DNA of 62,483 bases, the filler included, from Collodictyon triciliatum (lineage: Eukaryota): the NCBI GenBank assembly GCA_043381765.1. It is 7 parts of 7 records of this genome, joined end to end, with 100 filler letters (N's around TTAATTAATTAA, not from the genome) between each part and the next. Parts side by side here need not be neighbours in the genome. Positions count along the whole stretch, not along the records: positions 17,362 to 25,927 come from JBHJMP010003379.1; positions 26,028 to 34,591 come from JBHJMP010003380.1; positions 34,692 to 43,248 come from JBHJMP010003381.1; 4 more parts are not named here. One strand, given 5' to 3'. Numbering within the stretch: position 1 is the stretch's first letter; every line of letters starts with the position of its first letter. Of the stretch, positions 25,842 through 39,491 are shown piece by piece. The notes under the pieces are model-generated. The model saw only the letters and a list, made by a program, of their open reading frames with translations. It had not been told where the DNA came from and ran no database searches. A program made the position numbers and the translations under genes.

Positions 25842-26808
25842 GATGATTATACATTGGTGGGTGGCAGTTCCCCTTTTATCTTCTCACTTTATAAACAAAT
25901 AGCGATGTTTTCTGAGATACTGTTTACNNNNNNNNNNNNNNNNNNNNNNNNNNNNNNNNNNNNNNNNNNNNTTAATTAATTAANNNNNNNNNNNNNNNNN
26001 NNNNNNNNNNNNNNNNNNNNNNNNNNNATCGCACAAATGACATTACATTCATATGACTGCTACGAACGAGCGAGGAAACCATGAAGGCACAGCCCACGAA
26101 TCCCTCGAAGCCCAATCATTGCTCCAGCGTGACTTCCAGCTCTTTTTGTGGTCGCAAAAGCATGAGAAATTAAATTCCAGAAGAGTAAAAATTGTTCTTA
26201 ACATACTATACTATTATAGCAATACATATTTCACAGTTATTATAATATGATATAGTTTCGTTTCCATCGTCCTTTACAAACGTCCTCATTTCTGTGAAGC
26301 AAGCCCAGTTTTAAAAACAAGGCAACATATTTATTTTGAGATTGTTATGCATATTTCTTTTGATTCGAAGGCAGCTTGATTTATTTATTAGAATATAGAA
26401 TCACGCCGCGACTCAAACCCTCAACCCTTCTTTTTGTCAGGGGCTCGTGAAGTCACTTCATGACGTCACACAATAGAATCTTCTACAACGCCTTCCCACC
26501 ACTTTTTTTCCACATAAAGCCTGGGCCTATCCAACCAAGTATAAATGCAATAAGAGGCGCGGCTGCGATGACTCGCGCCTGCAATAAATTAGAACACAAA
26601 ATACAAAGCGAGACGAGGTATCCCGATTGCGGCCACAACCAACGAGAGCGCCAGACAGAACACAACTCAGAGGGGTGGTGTGGGGAGTCAAAACCTTCCT
26701 TCGTTTGGGACCGGCTCTAGTCGAACGGAGTCAGAACGCCGCGTTGCTATGAAGCAAAAAACACTCGCAGACTCACCATTCACCACAGATCAGCCAACCC
26801 CGGAAGCC

Positions 26809-29800
26809 ATGAGCACCGTAACATCTGCTGCCGACGCCACCGTGAAAACTCTGGCCAGAGAGTTTCTGTCCTTTGTCGACGCTTCTCCTTCGCCTTTCCA
26901 CACTGTCGGTAAGTATTGCAACGTTCTCGTCAAACACTTCTTTTTTCTTTTTCTTTTTCTTTTTCTTTTTCTTATTCATTCTCTTGTTTCCTCATATTTT
27001 TCCTCTGCCATTTGCGATCGTCTGCCCAGGAGTACATGAGACATCCCACGACAGCGCCATTCTTTTTCTTAAGTTACCCTTCCATAGAGACTGCGGTGAA
27101 CCTGCTCTCTGCCCACAACTTTGTGCACCTGTCCGAGAAGCAGTCTTGGGCATTGAAGCAAAAGGGACTTTACTATGTCACTCGAAACCGCTCCTCCATC
27201 ATGGCTTTTGCTGTAGGAGGGAAATATGTGAGCTGCCATTTGTTGCATATGCATATTCCCCCTATTACTCCTCCCTCTTTTTTTTTTTTCACAAGCGAGG
27301 TATCAGCCTTCCGTTATTTTCTATGGCTATCTTCTTTTGCACAGGAGACGACTACGATTACTTACCATGGCCTCGGCGCTGTTGACGTTATTGCATTTCC
27401 TTGCCCTCTTAATCACCTCATCTCCTGATCCTTTTTTCTCTCAAACCAGGAACCCGGAAATGGATTCTCCATCATCGGAGCTCATACAGACAGCCCCAAC
27501 CTGCGTGTATAACCCAAATAACATGATTATATACATTTATTTTTAAGCTTCACATTAGACAAATAGTCATAGGACGGACACTCAAACTATGTGACTGCAA
27601 TATTTACATTTATCACAATCCATGAAGGTCAAAACAAATTCTGCTTCAACCAAAAGTGGTTACTTGAGTCTTGGTGTCGAAACTTACGGCGGAGGTCTGT
27701 GGCACACCTGGTTCGACCGGTCAGTACCAATCAATGTAAACAAAGTGCCTGTTAACTTTCATCTCACTCATGGTTTATATGCACATACCCAGAGACCTTT
27801 CTCTTGCCGGTCGTGTCTTCATTCAAAATACCGATGGAAGCTTCTCCCACCGTCTTGTCCACATCAAGAGGTCTGGTCCAACCGACAACCCCATACTCGT
27901 TTGCATGACTTGTGTTCAGTGGAACTGAGGTTCAACAACATCATAGACCCATCTTACGCGTTCCTAATCTTGCCATCCACTTGACTCCTGCATCCGAGCG
28001 CGAGGCCTTCAAGTTCAATGCCCAAGTGGGAGAGAGGAATTACAAATGAATAGATAGTCATTTTCTAAAAATGCAACGAAAATATCGACCAATTTATTTT
28101 ATCTTTTTTTTTTACAGAATCACTTGAGACCAGTACTTGCATCTGCTATCCAAAAGTAATTTTAACATTCATTGAAGATTCATAAAGTACAGAGGAAGGA
28201 AATCAAAAGAACTTCCTGGCGTTACGCTAATAATTTGAATATTCTTTTTGATTTACAGCGAGTTGCTCAAGCCTAGTATCAGTGCTGGGGCTGGTTTCAC
28301 ATCCCGTCACCACCCAGCTGTCTTGGATCTGATCGCCAAGGAGCTTGAAGTTCAAGGTATCAGACCAGAAAATTCAGATTGACTGACCCACAATTATTGT
28401 GTATGGTTTATCTGTATCCGCCAAAGGCGCCTCATGCATGACGCCGATATACTAAAATTTATCAATCTTTTATTCATAAAGTCGACCAAATCAAGGAGGC
28501 AGAGCTGTCTTGTATGACTTCATTTCATTTCATTTTTTCCTTCCTCTGTCTTCGTTTCACAGTTACTATATAATTGGAAGTCTCGAAATGAATAATCTTG
28601 TCCCTATCATGACTTTTAATCGGTCCCAAAAGTGTTTGATGTTCAGAATGGTCAACTGGGCGGAATCTATGAAGAGTTTGTTCACTCTGCTCGCCTCGAC
28701 AATCTGCAATCTTCCTTCTGCGCTGTAAAGGTAAAGAGATACATACATCATCGCACGTTTCTATGTCTTTACCCTATACTGTGGATTTTTTTCTCGTTAT
28801 ATTCATGATATACTTAACTTGGCAGGCGCTTTTGGAAGGCTTGGATGATTTGGATGAGGAAACAAACATTCGCTTGGTTGCTCTGTACGACCACGAAGAA
28901 GTTGGCTCTCGTTCATTCCAGGTAAGACATATTCGCTTCATTTTCGGCAATAATTAACACTTTTTTGACGAATGCTGAAAGGTATGCTCATTGAGGTTTT
29001 TTCTCTGTACAGGGAGCTGGTTCCAATTTCCTTCAACAACTCGTTACAAGAGTGACAAACTCCTTCCCATCGACAGGAAACCTTGGGGTACGTCATTGCC
29101 AATAATTCACCAAAGTACATCTTGTAAAGAAATAGGAACATAAATGTTTTCATTTTGAAATGCATCCAAGACACCCATTCACAACTCAATAAAAATCCAG
29201 GAGTTGGTTGGAATTGCACTCCAGCGAAGTTTCCTTATCTCGGCTGATGTTGCCCACGCCTTGCATCCCAATTACAGGTGTTAATCCCTGACGAGTTTTC
29301 TATTTTATTTGTGGAGAGCAGTATGATAACATGCCTGTGCGCTAACCAAAACACTGTTATACATTATTTATCGTATATTTATTAATGTAACACAGTGAGA
29401 AGCATGACGAATGTCACCAGCCCGCCCTTCATCGTGGACCAGTTGTAAAAGTCAACGTAAAGCAGAGATGTGGGTTTTATCCTTTCCTTTTATTTCTAAG
29501 TTTATGAGCGGCATAATTAACGTAAATCGTGTATCTACAGATGCGACGAACTCTCTTACTATGCTCTTTATTTCCGAGCTGGCGGAGAAGAATGGGGTTC
29601 CCCTCCAAGTAAACACACAAATTCACACAGCTCCAATACATCATATTGGATTCGCTACTACCACAACACTTAAATTTAATCCCATAACCATTTTCCCGTC
29701 TTTTATTACCTTCGGTTCTTTTTTTTTCTTTTTTCTGATTATGTTTGGGAATCATGGTCATCATAAGTTATATTATCAATGGGTACTTTCGGTATGAATG

Positions 29801-30315
29801 CAGTTTTTCCAATCGCGCAACGACAGCCCCTGCGGATGCACCATCGGTCCGATTGTATCTGCAGCCTCAGGAATTCGTGCCATTGACATCGGTGCCGCCA
29901 TGTGGAGCATGCACAGGTATGTCTGAATCGCAAGTAACAATAGATTAGAAGGGGGGAAAAAATGTAAATAAAAGCATCTAGATATTCGCGCAGAAACATG
30001 ATTTTTTTTTATCTTACCTCTTATCGAAGCACGGGTTCAACCTAACTTGACTTTTTCATGTTTGACTAGCATTCGCGAGACTTCATCGACGGTTGACCTC
30101 GTCCACACTACCAAGCTGATGAAGGTAAGCGCGATGCCAAAGCCTGTCTGATACGAGGGGTGTAGATCATATTACTTCGGCGCTTTGTAGCTTTACTTTC
30201 ATGGTACTCCATGTATTCCTATTCTCATTTCGAATCTACGATGCATATCTCTTTGCTTGCACAGGTGTTCCTGCAACAATTCTCCCAGCTGGAGCCCAAA
30301 CTGTCGTTTGAATAA
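26809..30315 (+). CDS. DNPEP: Aspartyl aminopeptidase (peptidase M18), 18 exons
   Basis: Motifs [100 protein letters not shown]. All GT-AG. An upstream in-frame ATG lies at 26749. Confidence 0.96.
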
Positions 30316-30924
30316 ACAGCCTTGTGTGCCTCAGCGGCATTATAAACTACAGCCTCTTTGTGATATCCTCGGATTTGCATTTTTTTCTTTGTCCGCTTCG
30401 TTTCTGTTGTTTTTCTTTAGTATGAAAAGTTCCAAAAATGGATAGATTTTTATGGAAATTTAAATCATTTACAATTCTTGCAATCGCATTACGAGTATTT
30501 AGTCACTGAGAGATAAACATGAATAAAATTAATGCACTTGCAACAAATGCGGATGCTTCGTTCGAAATCTCTAATATCTTTTACGCCCTTGCCGGTGAGT
30601 CACCTCCAACCTCCACGTCAGCAGCGTTCCTCGAACACAGCCACGTGGCAGGTTGCAAGGCACAGCCGAACCAGCACACAGCATTATGAATGCACAGCGT
30701 GAGGAAAAGAGAAGAACAGTCCGAGCGCCAAACACAACAGATTCGCGAATCTTCTATTCACACTAAAACACCGACAGGTCTCTCTCTTTTTTTTCTTTTT
30801 TATGCAGAAGTATATATGAAACGCAAAAGCAGCACATTTCACGCCACCGACTGCTAAGGGAGAAAAAAAAATTAATTATAATTACAATAGTAATAACGAA
30901 AAGAAGCTGAAAGTACAGGATAAG

Positions 30925-32822
30925 ATGCTGACTCTGCAAAGGACGCCGCTCATGAGCTCCATCCAATTTCTCCGCCATCTCACGGCTGTGCGGCACAAGG
31001 ACTATCGCATGTGGAGTCTGCTGCCGGTCGAAATCCTTATCAGGGTCTTCTGCGCACTGGATTCCCTCGATTTGCTGCGATGCAGTCAGGTTTGCATTTC
31101 GTGGAGGCGCATTGCATCCGACGAGTCCATTTGGGCACAGATATTCCTGCAAGAACGTGTGCTGTGGTCCGTGGCCTCTGGATTACCCATCGACCGGTCT
31201 TGCGTGGAAACTCACACCCAGCAAAGTCACAGCCTGTCTCTCACAAGAGGCACAGTGGGTCAGAACATGGATGGTGGTCACGATACGACTGATTCGCACG
31301 TTGCGACCAGCATTCGTTTACACAGGGCAGAAACATCATTTCAAAGTCCGCTGAATCCCACCGAGAGAGTTGGTCGTCCATCACCACCAAATGTCATGAG
31401 GCATGAACATCGCGAAGGGGAAGGGCAAGACTCCGACACAGATTATGAAGGCCTCGTAAATCCGAATCGTTTGTTGAGGTGGGGACTGATGGCTGTGCAG
31501 TCAGCGCTTTGTGGAACTCAGGAGCGTGTCGAGATTTATCCTAGACGCATACGGTATTCTGGGCCATTATTTAGTGACCCATCATCATGGCGCTCATTCT
31601 GCATCCATAACCACGTTTCTTCCAGTCAATCTCAGTATCACATAACATTCATGCAGCCTTGGTGGGCTCAATTGCAGATGAGCAACATTTGTTTTGATTT
31701 GAGAAGAAACCAGCGCAGAGTCTTGGTCATTGGGGCTTCGGAATCAAAGAAGACTTTCCAACTGCTGTGGGATGAACACTCTCCGTTCCGTCTAAGAGGT
31801 CAGTATGGTTAATGTATCCCATGCAGTTTGTCTGTACATTCAATCCAAAAAAAAAGCCAGCTTAAAAAAACCTCGAATGTTTTTATGATTCTACCAAAGC
31901 AAAACTCACCCACCAACTTTTTTTTTGGGTCTCTGATAATCGCCTTTCTTGTTTTTTTTTATTTTTATTTCGGATGCTGAAGTTGTATCATTGCGAGCAC
32001 ATTATAAATCTCATTTTAATCGATAATTAATTAATGTTCTGCCCCACCTAATTAATTTTCCTTATTAGACCTTGGGCCTGGTCATGCTACCGGATTGGGT
32101 TCGGGATTGTGCTTCCGCGCTAATAACCTGGAGTTAATCATGCTGTCCTGCTATGCCACTCAAGTTTTAAAAAGGGTAAGTAATGGTCAAAATGTCATCC
32201 TATGAAGTATTTTACTTATGTTTTAATAAAATAAAAATCTACGCCCTGACCAGCTCATTTACGTTATTCTCCCCCCATTAGCAAGTTGCGTACTATCTCA
32301 CCATTTACTGATATTTACACAATTTTTGGTTTCACGTCAATTTTATGATGTTCTATGCAATAGAATACCGAAGCCTGGAATCAGCTTTGTGAAGGGGTCA
32401 ACGGACTTATTGTTCTCTTCGACGCGGTTTCGGACATACACACACAAGTCCAGCTCGAGCTTAACAACGCTTACGACTCTTTGCCAAAGGGAATTCCTGC
32501 GCTGCACATAGCTATCACAAATAACGACGGCTCCTGTGCTTGTGAGGTTAATTTTTAATATCTTACAGAATACGAGCAGCAACATATGCAGGTTGTAGCG
32601 TTAATCCAAAACGTACCACAGAGCTGATTTAATCATCGAAGATAATAATTCGATTCCTTATGACCCTCTTCATCCCTTCAGGTTGCCGACAAATATGAGC
32701 TCTATAGACTCGGTTTCTACTGGAGGCTTTACACTTACAACACAGACATGGCGACCAACTATCATCTCGAAAACGCCCTACATTGGTTCAGTGACTCGAT
32801 TGTAGACTTTGATGGATTCTAA
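30925..32822 (+). CDS. F-box protein, FBXO4-like (F-box plus C-terminal small-GTPase-like fold), 4 exons
   Basis: F-box LLPVEILIRVFCALDSLDLLRCSQVCISWRRIASDESIW. C-terminal RVLVIG...TGLGSGLCF...QLCEGVNGLIVLFD...LENALHWF resembles recalled FBXO4 motifs GIGSGV, KVCEVVDGFIYV and FLNGIEWI. Confidence 0.75.
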
Positions 32823-33139
32823 TGCATGAGCTCCCAATTATGTTTTTCTTGTAACAGTTGCGGCCAAATAAGCTTCTTTTTTTTTTTTTTAATAAATAAA
32901 AATGTATAATCTTCATTGGCAACTAGTACACACATTTATAGGAGGTAAAGCTAATGAAAATGAATCACAGAGTCAATAATTCTCTTCATTTCATTTTCAT
33001 ATTAGCTGTTTACTCCCTAGCATGTTTCAGGTACTCCATATCCAGGAATTCGGGCTGAAATTTTTATTTTCCTTTTATTGTCATTCTTCTGGGTGTCCTC
33101 TCAGCCGTATTTCGCTAATAATTTTATCATCATAGCCAT

Positions 33140-33865
33140 CACTCCATTGTTCTTCAATTTGCACAAGACGGTGGGGATGTTGGCTTTGGTTCGCTGGCTA
33201 TTGTTTACATGGACGCTACTTGGTGGCAGGGTGGCTGAGAAGTAGTCGCTAATCAGGAATTGCATCCTGCGCTTTGGCCTGTGGCCTGGGTCTTGTGCTT
33301 GGATTAGAGAGCGGTGATTTGGAAGGACTTGCGGGGTTCGTGCTTGTCTCCAGCTCGCGGTGAGCGGGTGTGTGGGTGATGCCTTGTGTTTCTCCCCACG
33401 GTTGATGTTTTGACTTTTTGTAGGGTGTCGGCGGCGATATTTCGTATCGAAGGAATTTGGAGTAGGCCATAGTCATCGAGAACTGCATAGACTGCCCAGA
33501 GTTAGACGAGCGTTCGTTCTTGAGGCGGAAAATGAATGGCGACGGGATGCCGTATGAGATTGGTCTGCGTGAGCGCCATTTTCCTTTGTTATTCAGGACG
33601 GCTGTGGTTGGCTGTGCATCTTGTGTGTGGAATGCGGTGGAGCCTGGCGTTGTGATGTATCAGCCGTCTTCTTTGAATGAGATTTCCCTGATGGTGGCTG
33701 CGTTGCCTTCGTGAACCTGTTCGATGATGCAGAAGCCTTTCTGGTTGTCCCAGCATATTTGTCCTGCTGCCAATGGCTCGTTCAATGGTATTGACGTTTC
33801 GCAGTGAGTATACAGAATCCGCCAACGCGAGAGCAAAGGCTCGGGTGTGTTTGGAGGTGGCCCAT
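33140..33865 (-). mobile_element. Degenerate, internally deleted LINE family B fragment
   Basis: The reverse complement matches the family-B 3' end (caagcacaagacccagg...aagtagcgtccatg...gcgaaccaaagc). Upstream it encodes MQFSMTMAYSKF...PTPYK and PTTAVLNNKGKW, homologous to 45900-46300. Confidence 0.85.
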
Positions 33866-34110
33866 ATGGCTATGAGGAAGAATTCTGAAGACTGTGTTTT
33901 CAGTTTTTTTTTTTTCTAAAATCAGCAGTTATCTCAAACTACATGTTCGAATTGAAAGACAAGATTATCCTTTTTTTTTTTAAAAAAAAAAAAACAGGAC
34001 ATGAGGATTAGCGATGGAATTACAATTAAAAAATTGAGATGTTGCCGCGAGGTATTTGGCTATGGCATTCCTTGTTCTTTTTGTATTGGTCATTCATTTA
34101 TTCCGACAGC

Positions 34111-34491
34111 TTATTTCTTCGCTTTGATCTGAACCTCTATATTCGTGATAGAGACGGGTGCTTGGGCAACATCGTCGTATTCATACCATTCCCTCTCGTG
34201 AAGGTCGACATTTTCAAACGTCTTCGAGTCCCCTGAAGTTTTTACGTGAAATCCATCCTATATGTAGTCCATTCGTATTGAAAGAATAAGAAGAGAATAT
34301 GGCATCACTTTTTGTATGGCACTAAAATGGCTTAAATGAACACTTGAGCTACTTACTCGAATATCCCATTCAATAATCTCCAACCCACGGCTTTCAATCT
34401 GAATCAGTGGCTTGAAAGAGCCAGCATCTTCCTCTGTGTACACAAGCATCGATTTTTCCACAATACTCATGTTGTGCTCGTGTTTGCAGTT
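34111..34491 (-). CDS. CZIB: CXXC motif zinc-binding protein (DUF866/C1orf123), last two exons
   Basis: NCKHEHNMSIVEKSMLVYTEEDAGSFKPLIQIESRGLEIIEWDIR|DGFHVKTSGDSKTFENVDLHEREWYEYDDVAQAPVSITNIEVQIKAKK*. Matches the DUF866 pattern ExRGLE...FxxxDLxExxWxxYDE. Intron 34356-34258 is GT-AG. Confidence 0.85.
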
Positions 34492-34496
34492 CTGAA

Positions 34497-34591
34497 ATGT
34501 ATGTATGTATGTATGTATGTATGTATGTATGTATGTATGTATGTATGTATGTATGTATGTATGTATGTATGTATGTATGTATGTATGTATG
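34497..34591. repeat. (ATGT)n microsatellite at contig end
   Basis: Direct reading. Confidence 0.97.
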
Positions 34592-34700
34592 NNNNNNNNN
34601 NNNNNNNNNNNNNNNNNNNNNNNNNNNNNNNNNNNTTAATTAATTAANNNNNNNNNNNNNNNNNNNNNNNNNNNNNNNNNNNNNNNNNNNNTAAAGGAAA

Positions 34701-34832
<132 letters not shown>

Positions 34833-34920
34833 ATCACCATCGTCATCAACATCATTTCAGCATCGATTTTCATTATGTCCCCCATTGTATCATAATACGC
34901 ATGTGTGTTTCTTTCTTAAG

Positions 34921-37648
34921 CTTTGAACCATCCATGTACTTCTTATTTACATTCTCCAAGCCTTGCCCCAGCAAAAAAGAAAGAAAAACTGACCGCCGCC
35001 TGTGCAGCTGGCTCGAAGACTCTCCAAACACACGGTCCAGCCACCTCACCGACTCTGCATCCTCCTCGTCTTCCTCTCCAGCAGTGCAAAGCGCGACCCC
35101 ATCCTTATCCACAAATCCAAACCCAAATCCAAACGCAACCCCAAACTCAGTAGGATACTCTATGTTTCGCTCACCCAGCGACGCCAATGTGGCAGCATCA
35201 AACTCAATGACCCGCTCCCCATCCTTGTCTCTGGGTATGTCTTTGGGCCAGACTCAGTATGTAAACTCGGCTTCGCATGGCACCGGCGCCTCACAAACCC
35301 AACCGCCGGCCTCGCAAAACCCGCCTCAGCAACATGTGGCAAAGGCTGGCAGAAGAGCAAGCGGCTCTGCGACATCCATCGGCCTGCCACCAATGAATCC
35401 TTCTCAAACCGCTTATCCCTCGCCTTCTGGCTTCTCTGCCTCAATAGAGAGCACGGCATTTGCTCCTCGAGTCGGGCAGCAAAGGCAAACCCCTGTCATG
35501 TCCTCGGTGAGAGGCTCTCTGAGTACGCGTAATCTGTCGGGTTATGCTCCTTCGTTCAAGACAATCGATTACTCTGAGCTTCAGATGGTGGACAGGATCG
35601 CCGGTGGGGCATTTGGGATTGTGTATAGCGGCAGGTAAACTGTGTCTTGGAGTAATATAAATGTTGTGTTTATACCTTTCTGAGACCAACTCGTTTAACT
35701 TGAATTTTTTAAAATAAAATGAAAATAAACATGTGTATTTCTGAAATTTTCTTCCTTTTTTATTTATTTATGGTCTCCCTCTTTGCTTAAAACAATATAT
35801 TTTTCTACTATTTCTATGTTTTGTCACCATTCAATTTGACTGTATGATATCATCACAATCGTTCTTATTTATATATATATTTGTTTCTGTTTTATCTGCT
35901 TCACCTAACAATTATCTGCCTCGCAGGTGGAATGGACAAATGGTAGCTGTGAAGACTTTCATTCAGACAAATGAAGACAACTCAGGTCCTTCCTCGGAAT
36001 TTACAAAGGAGGTCACAATTTTAAGGTGTCAAGAGCAAATCCTATTAATTTCTTCTCATCCCTTCTTGTCCCCTATCCATTTATATAATTGCACCTAATT
36101 ACATGTAGTCAAATGAGTCATCCAAATATCATCGTATTTCTTGGAGCCTGCAACCGACTTCCAAACCTAGTAAACATTCAAGCATCAACTCATCTGCACC
36201 CTTGAAACATATTGTTGTTAATTTACTCATTCTTATAGAATGTTGAGTGCTCCATGTCATTCTCCTTTTCCTTCCCCTTTCCCTTCCCCTTCCCCTTCCC
36301 CTTCCCCTTTTCCTTTTCCTTTTCCTTTTCCTTTTCCTTTTCCTTTTCCTTTTCTTTCCTTTCCTTTTCTTTCCTTTTCTACTAGCATTGATTTTGCACC
36401 CAAAAATAGTGTATTGTTACGGAGTTTGTACCTGGCGGGACGCTCTATACGGTAATACGAAATATTTATATATCCCTGCACTATACTCATATTTGATATG
36501 ATATTACATCAAGAACTATTTGTTTTCTTATTTCTTTGTTAATAATACAGAAAATAATTCAAATATGTCAACTATCATATACACACACCGTGGACTGTCT
36601 TATCTGACAATCAATCGCTCTAGTATTTGCATATAGGATCGAAAACAATAGACTTTTCCACAATCGTTTCGATGGCCTCAGATATTTCCAGTGCTATGGC
36701 ATATCTTCATTCCATGAGCCCTCCATTAATCCACCGAGACATCAAAAGCAACAACATCCTTGTTCGTTTTTCTTCTAATTGAATACTATACTTGCATTAA
36801 ATGTAGTTTAAAAGAATTCCTCTCCATTTGAATCAAATGGAGGGAAACTGTAATGAATGATAGTTTGATTTACTTTAAATAAAATAAACATATTATCATT
36901 CTAACGCAATCGGATCAAATCTGAATAATCCAACATAATTTATTTATTTATTTATTTATTTATTATTTATTTATTATTTATTTATTATTTATTTATTATT
37001 TATTTATTATTTATTTTAGTTGGACAGAACGACATGTAAATTGTGCGACTTTGGTGTTGCCGATTATGAGGGACAGAGAGTAACTGTTAAGCAAGAGGAA
37101 AATGTCCGCGGCACACCCGGCTACATGAGTCCTGAAAGTTTTGAAGGAAAATATTCAACAAAGACAGATGTCTACAGCTTTGGAATACTTTTATGGGAAA
37201 TGCATGTCTCCATATATCGAATGCATTGTGTGTGATTGTATATGATGTTCTGTGTCTTTTTTTTTTTCTTCTTCCATTGCCTTTTATTATTTTCGGTAAA
37301 TGATATTGCCCTTATTATTGATAATACGAACATCATTTTGCTGAAATAAAAATGATTCCTCGTAGATATACAAGAGATGGACTACCATTTGAACAGTACA
37401 GTGTGATGGAAGTACTGGAACGTGTCAGACGAGGGGATCGGCCGTGTATCCCAACAGTGATTGACTCCATATGTTCATAATCTATGCGAGGGCATGAACA
37501 CTTTGCAACCTCAAATATTAATAAAATTCATTAGATATGTCCAAGGAACTTGCAGCGCTTTATCCAAAAGCTATGGTCCCAAGACCCCAAAGAGCGGCCT
37601 ACATTCGCAGAGATTCAACAATTGTTACGAACCCTCACTGAACGATAA
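34921..37648 (+). CDS. Tyrosine-kinase-like (TKL/MLK-type) protein kinase, 5' part missing
   Basis: IAGGAFGIVYSGRWNGQMVAVK, EFTKEVTILSQMSHPNII, CIVTEFVPGG, IHRDIKSNNILL, KLCDFG, GTPGYMSPE, DVYSFGILLWEI, WSQDPKERPTF. Eight exons, one GC-AG intron. Confidence 0.93.
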
Positions 37649-38759
37649 ATGCTCTTGCTTATCTAGCGCTTATGCATCTTCTCCTGGCGGCTATATGACG
37701 CCTTTTTCCCCATTTGATTATGCAGACAATTAAATGTTATGAAAAACACTTAGCTTATCGGAAAATACTTGAATAAATTTAATTCTTCTCATTATATATC
37801 GCATTCAGCAACTGTTGCAAGTTAACGACATTGTTAACGGTAATTTGGATGATTCAGGTCAGTCCTTCGGGTTTTAAAAGGTCAAACTGATCCCCAAGGA
37901 GACGAGACTCATTAACCTCCTCAATCATATATTCTCTTTTCCACCATCGGTTTCTTATTCTTTAATCTATTTTTCTCCTTCCTTTCGCAAATTTTGTTGG
38001 TTGATGTCAATATATGCCGAATACTAAATACATATTGATATCAGTTATTGATTATTGTTGTTATTTCTTTTACAATTTTTTTTTCACTGCCAATTTTAGC
38101 TCATGCGGGGTTTATTTTTGGGGTGTAGTTTACAGTCGCCCAAACGAGAGGGGTATGGCACAATTCTCAATTCCTCAAAGAGGATGGCCAGTAATGTTTC
38201 TTTCCATATCTGTTGCTCTTACACTTAATCATTCTCGCTGATGGCGTCCGTTTCGATAATTTCCTGAACTCTGGCAATGACCTTTCATAGCAAGGCAAGG
38301 ATCACAAATTAGTAATCCCCATCGGCGATTGTCGTGTTTAATAAAAAAGAATCTACCCCATGCCCCTCAAATATAGGTCATTGCAATATCATTTTACATA
38401 TCGCTCTGGTACTTGGAATGAAGAGACTTACATGCGCCATATGGTTATTCTGAAGAAGATTTTGCGTTATAGCTTCCTGGCTCCGCGAGGTTGCTGGCCC
38501 GTTTGAACTCCGTAATGATTCTATCAATCGTTGTGGAGGAGGCCGATGGTAAAGACGCGGTTTACTCGGCAAAGAATAGCTCTCATTTTGGTTTCTTTTT
38601 TCGATGACAAGTTCCCCTTTCGACAAGTTCGTAATCATCTTTACAAAAGTACCTTTTTGAGAGAGAAAATAAATATTAGAACCAAATTTAAACAAACATT
38701 CATATCTACTGTAGTTTAAGCCTGGAAGGTGAACTAATAAGAAAAAAGTGTAATTGTGA

Positions 38760-39491
38760 GAAGTATGTTCGCTCTGGTGATTAAAGATGCTGCTGCAATC
38801 GCGGCAAGAAGGCTACCCACACAAATGCTTTAGCGATATAATCCATATCAAATATCTATTTTTAAGCTAAATATCTGTATAATCACTCAACTTTAATCAA
38901 GGAGAGAGCTGGGGGTTTTGATAAAGAAACCCTGCTGTTGAGAAAATTAGGAGGAACACAATCAAAACAAAAACAAAAAACAAAAATTGGAAAAGGAAAT
39001 AAAAAAAAACTCCATAAATATTATAAAAATAGTACAGACGAAAAAGAAAACATATATTTGAGAAAAAAGATGATCAAATATGAAACAACCAAAAAAAATA
39101 TAAAGAAAAACAATGGTAAGAAATATGGAGAAAGCACATAAGCGAATAAGTTCGCAAAAAAAAAAAGAAAAAGGTAAAGCAGTATGTGTAGAGGGAAAAG
39201 AAAAAATTAAGAGGAAGAGCAAAATGTAAAAAGAAAGTAAGACCTCAGCTATCTTGCACAAATTGAAAGATAGAATAAAAGAAAAAATGTTAGAAAGCTG
39301 AAGATGAAAAGAAGACAAAGGCACATAGGAAGACAAAGACAAAGACAAAGACAAAGACAAAGAAGGCATATATAATTCATGCTCCACCCACCAAACCCCC
39401 CAGCAACTGGTATAAAATCAATCCAGACTGGACACATGCCAATCACGAGGAGCTTCTGCTTTTCCTCTTTTCCGTCCACCGCTGCTGTCAT
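38760..39491 (-). CDS. Possible exons of a hypothetical gene or pseudogene
   Basis: MTAAVDGKEEKQKLLVIGMCPVWIDFIPVAGGFGG|RVSLSKPPALSLIK and IFDMDYIAKAFVGSLLAAIAAASLITRA. Joining them needs a 36-nt intron; no family recognised. Confidence 0.25.
39242..39287 (+). mobile_element. Degenerate about 45-nt LINE family-B tail
   Basis: atcttgcacaaattgaaagatagaataaaagaaaaaa versus family-B end atcctgcacaaaattgaaaggaagaataaaaaaaa (12996-13030); only a degenerate flanking repeat. Confidence 0.55.

Noticed and set aside
29468-29540. Apparent non-canonical (AT-AG) intron in DNPEP
   Set aside because: A GT donor at 29470 gives AGA T|AT GCG (R-Y-A), so the intron is canonical.
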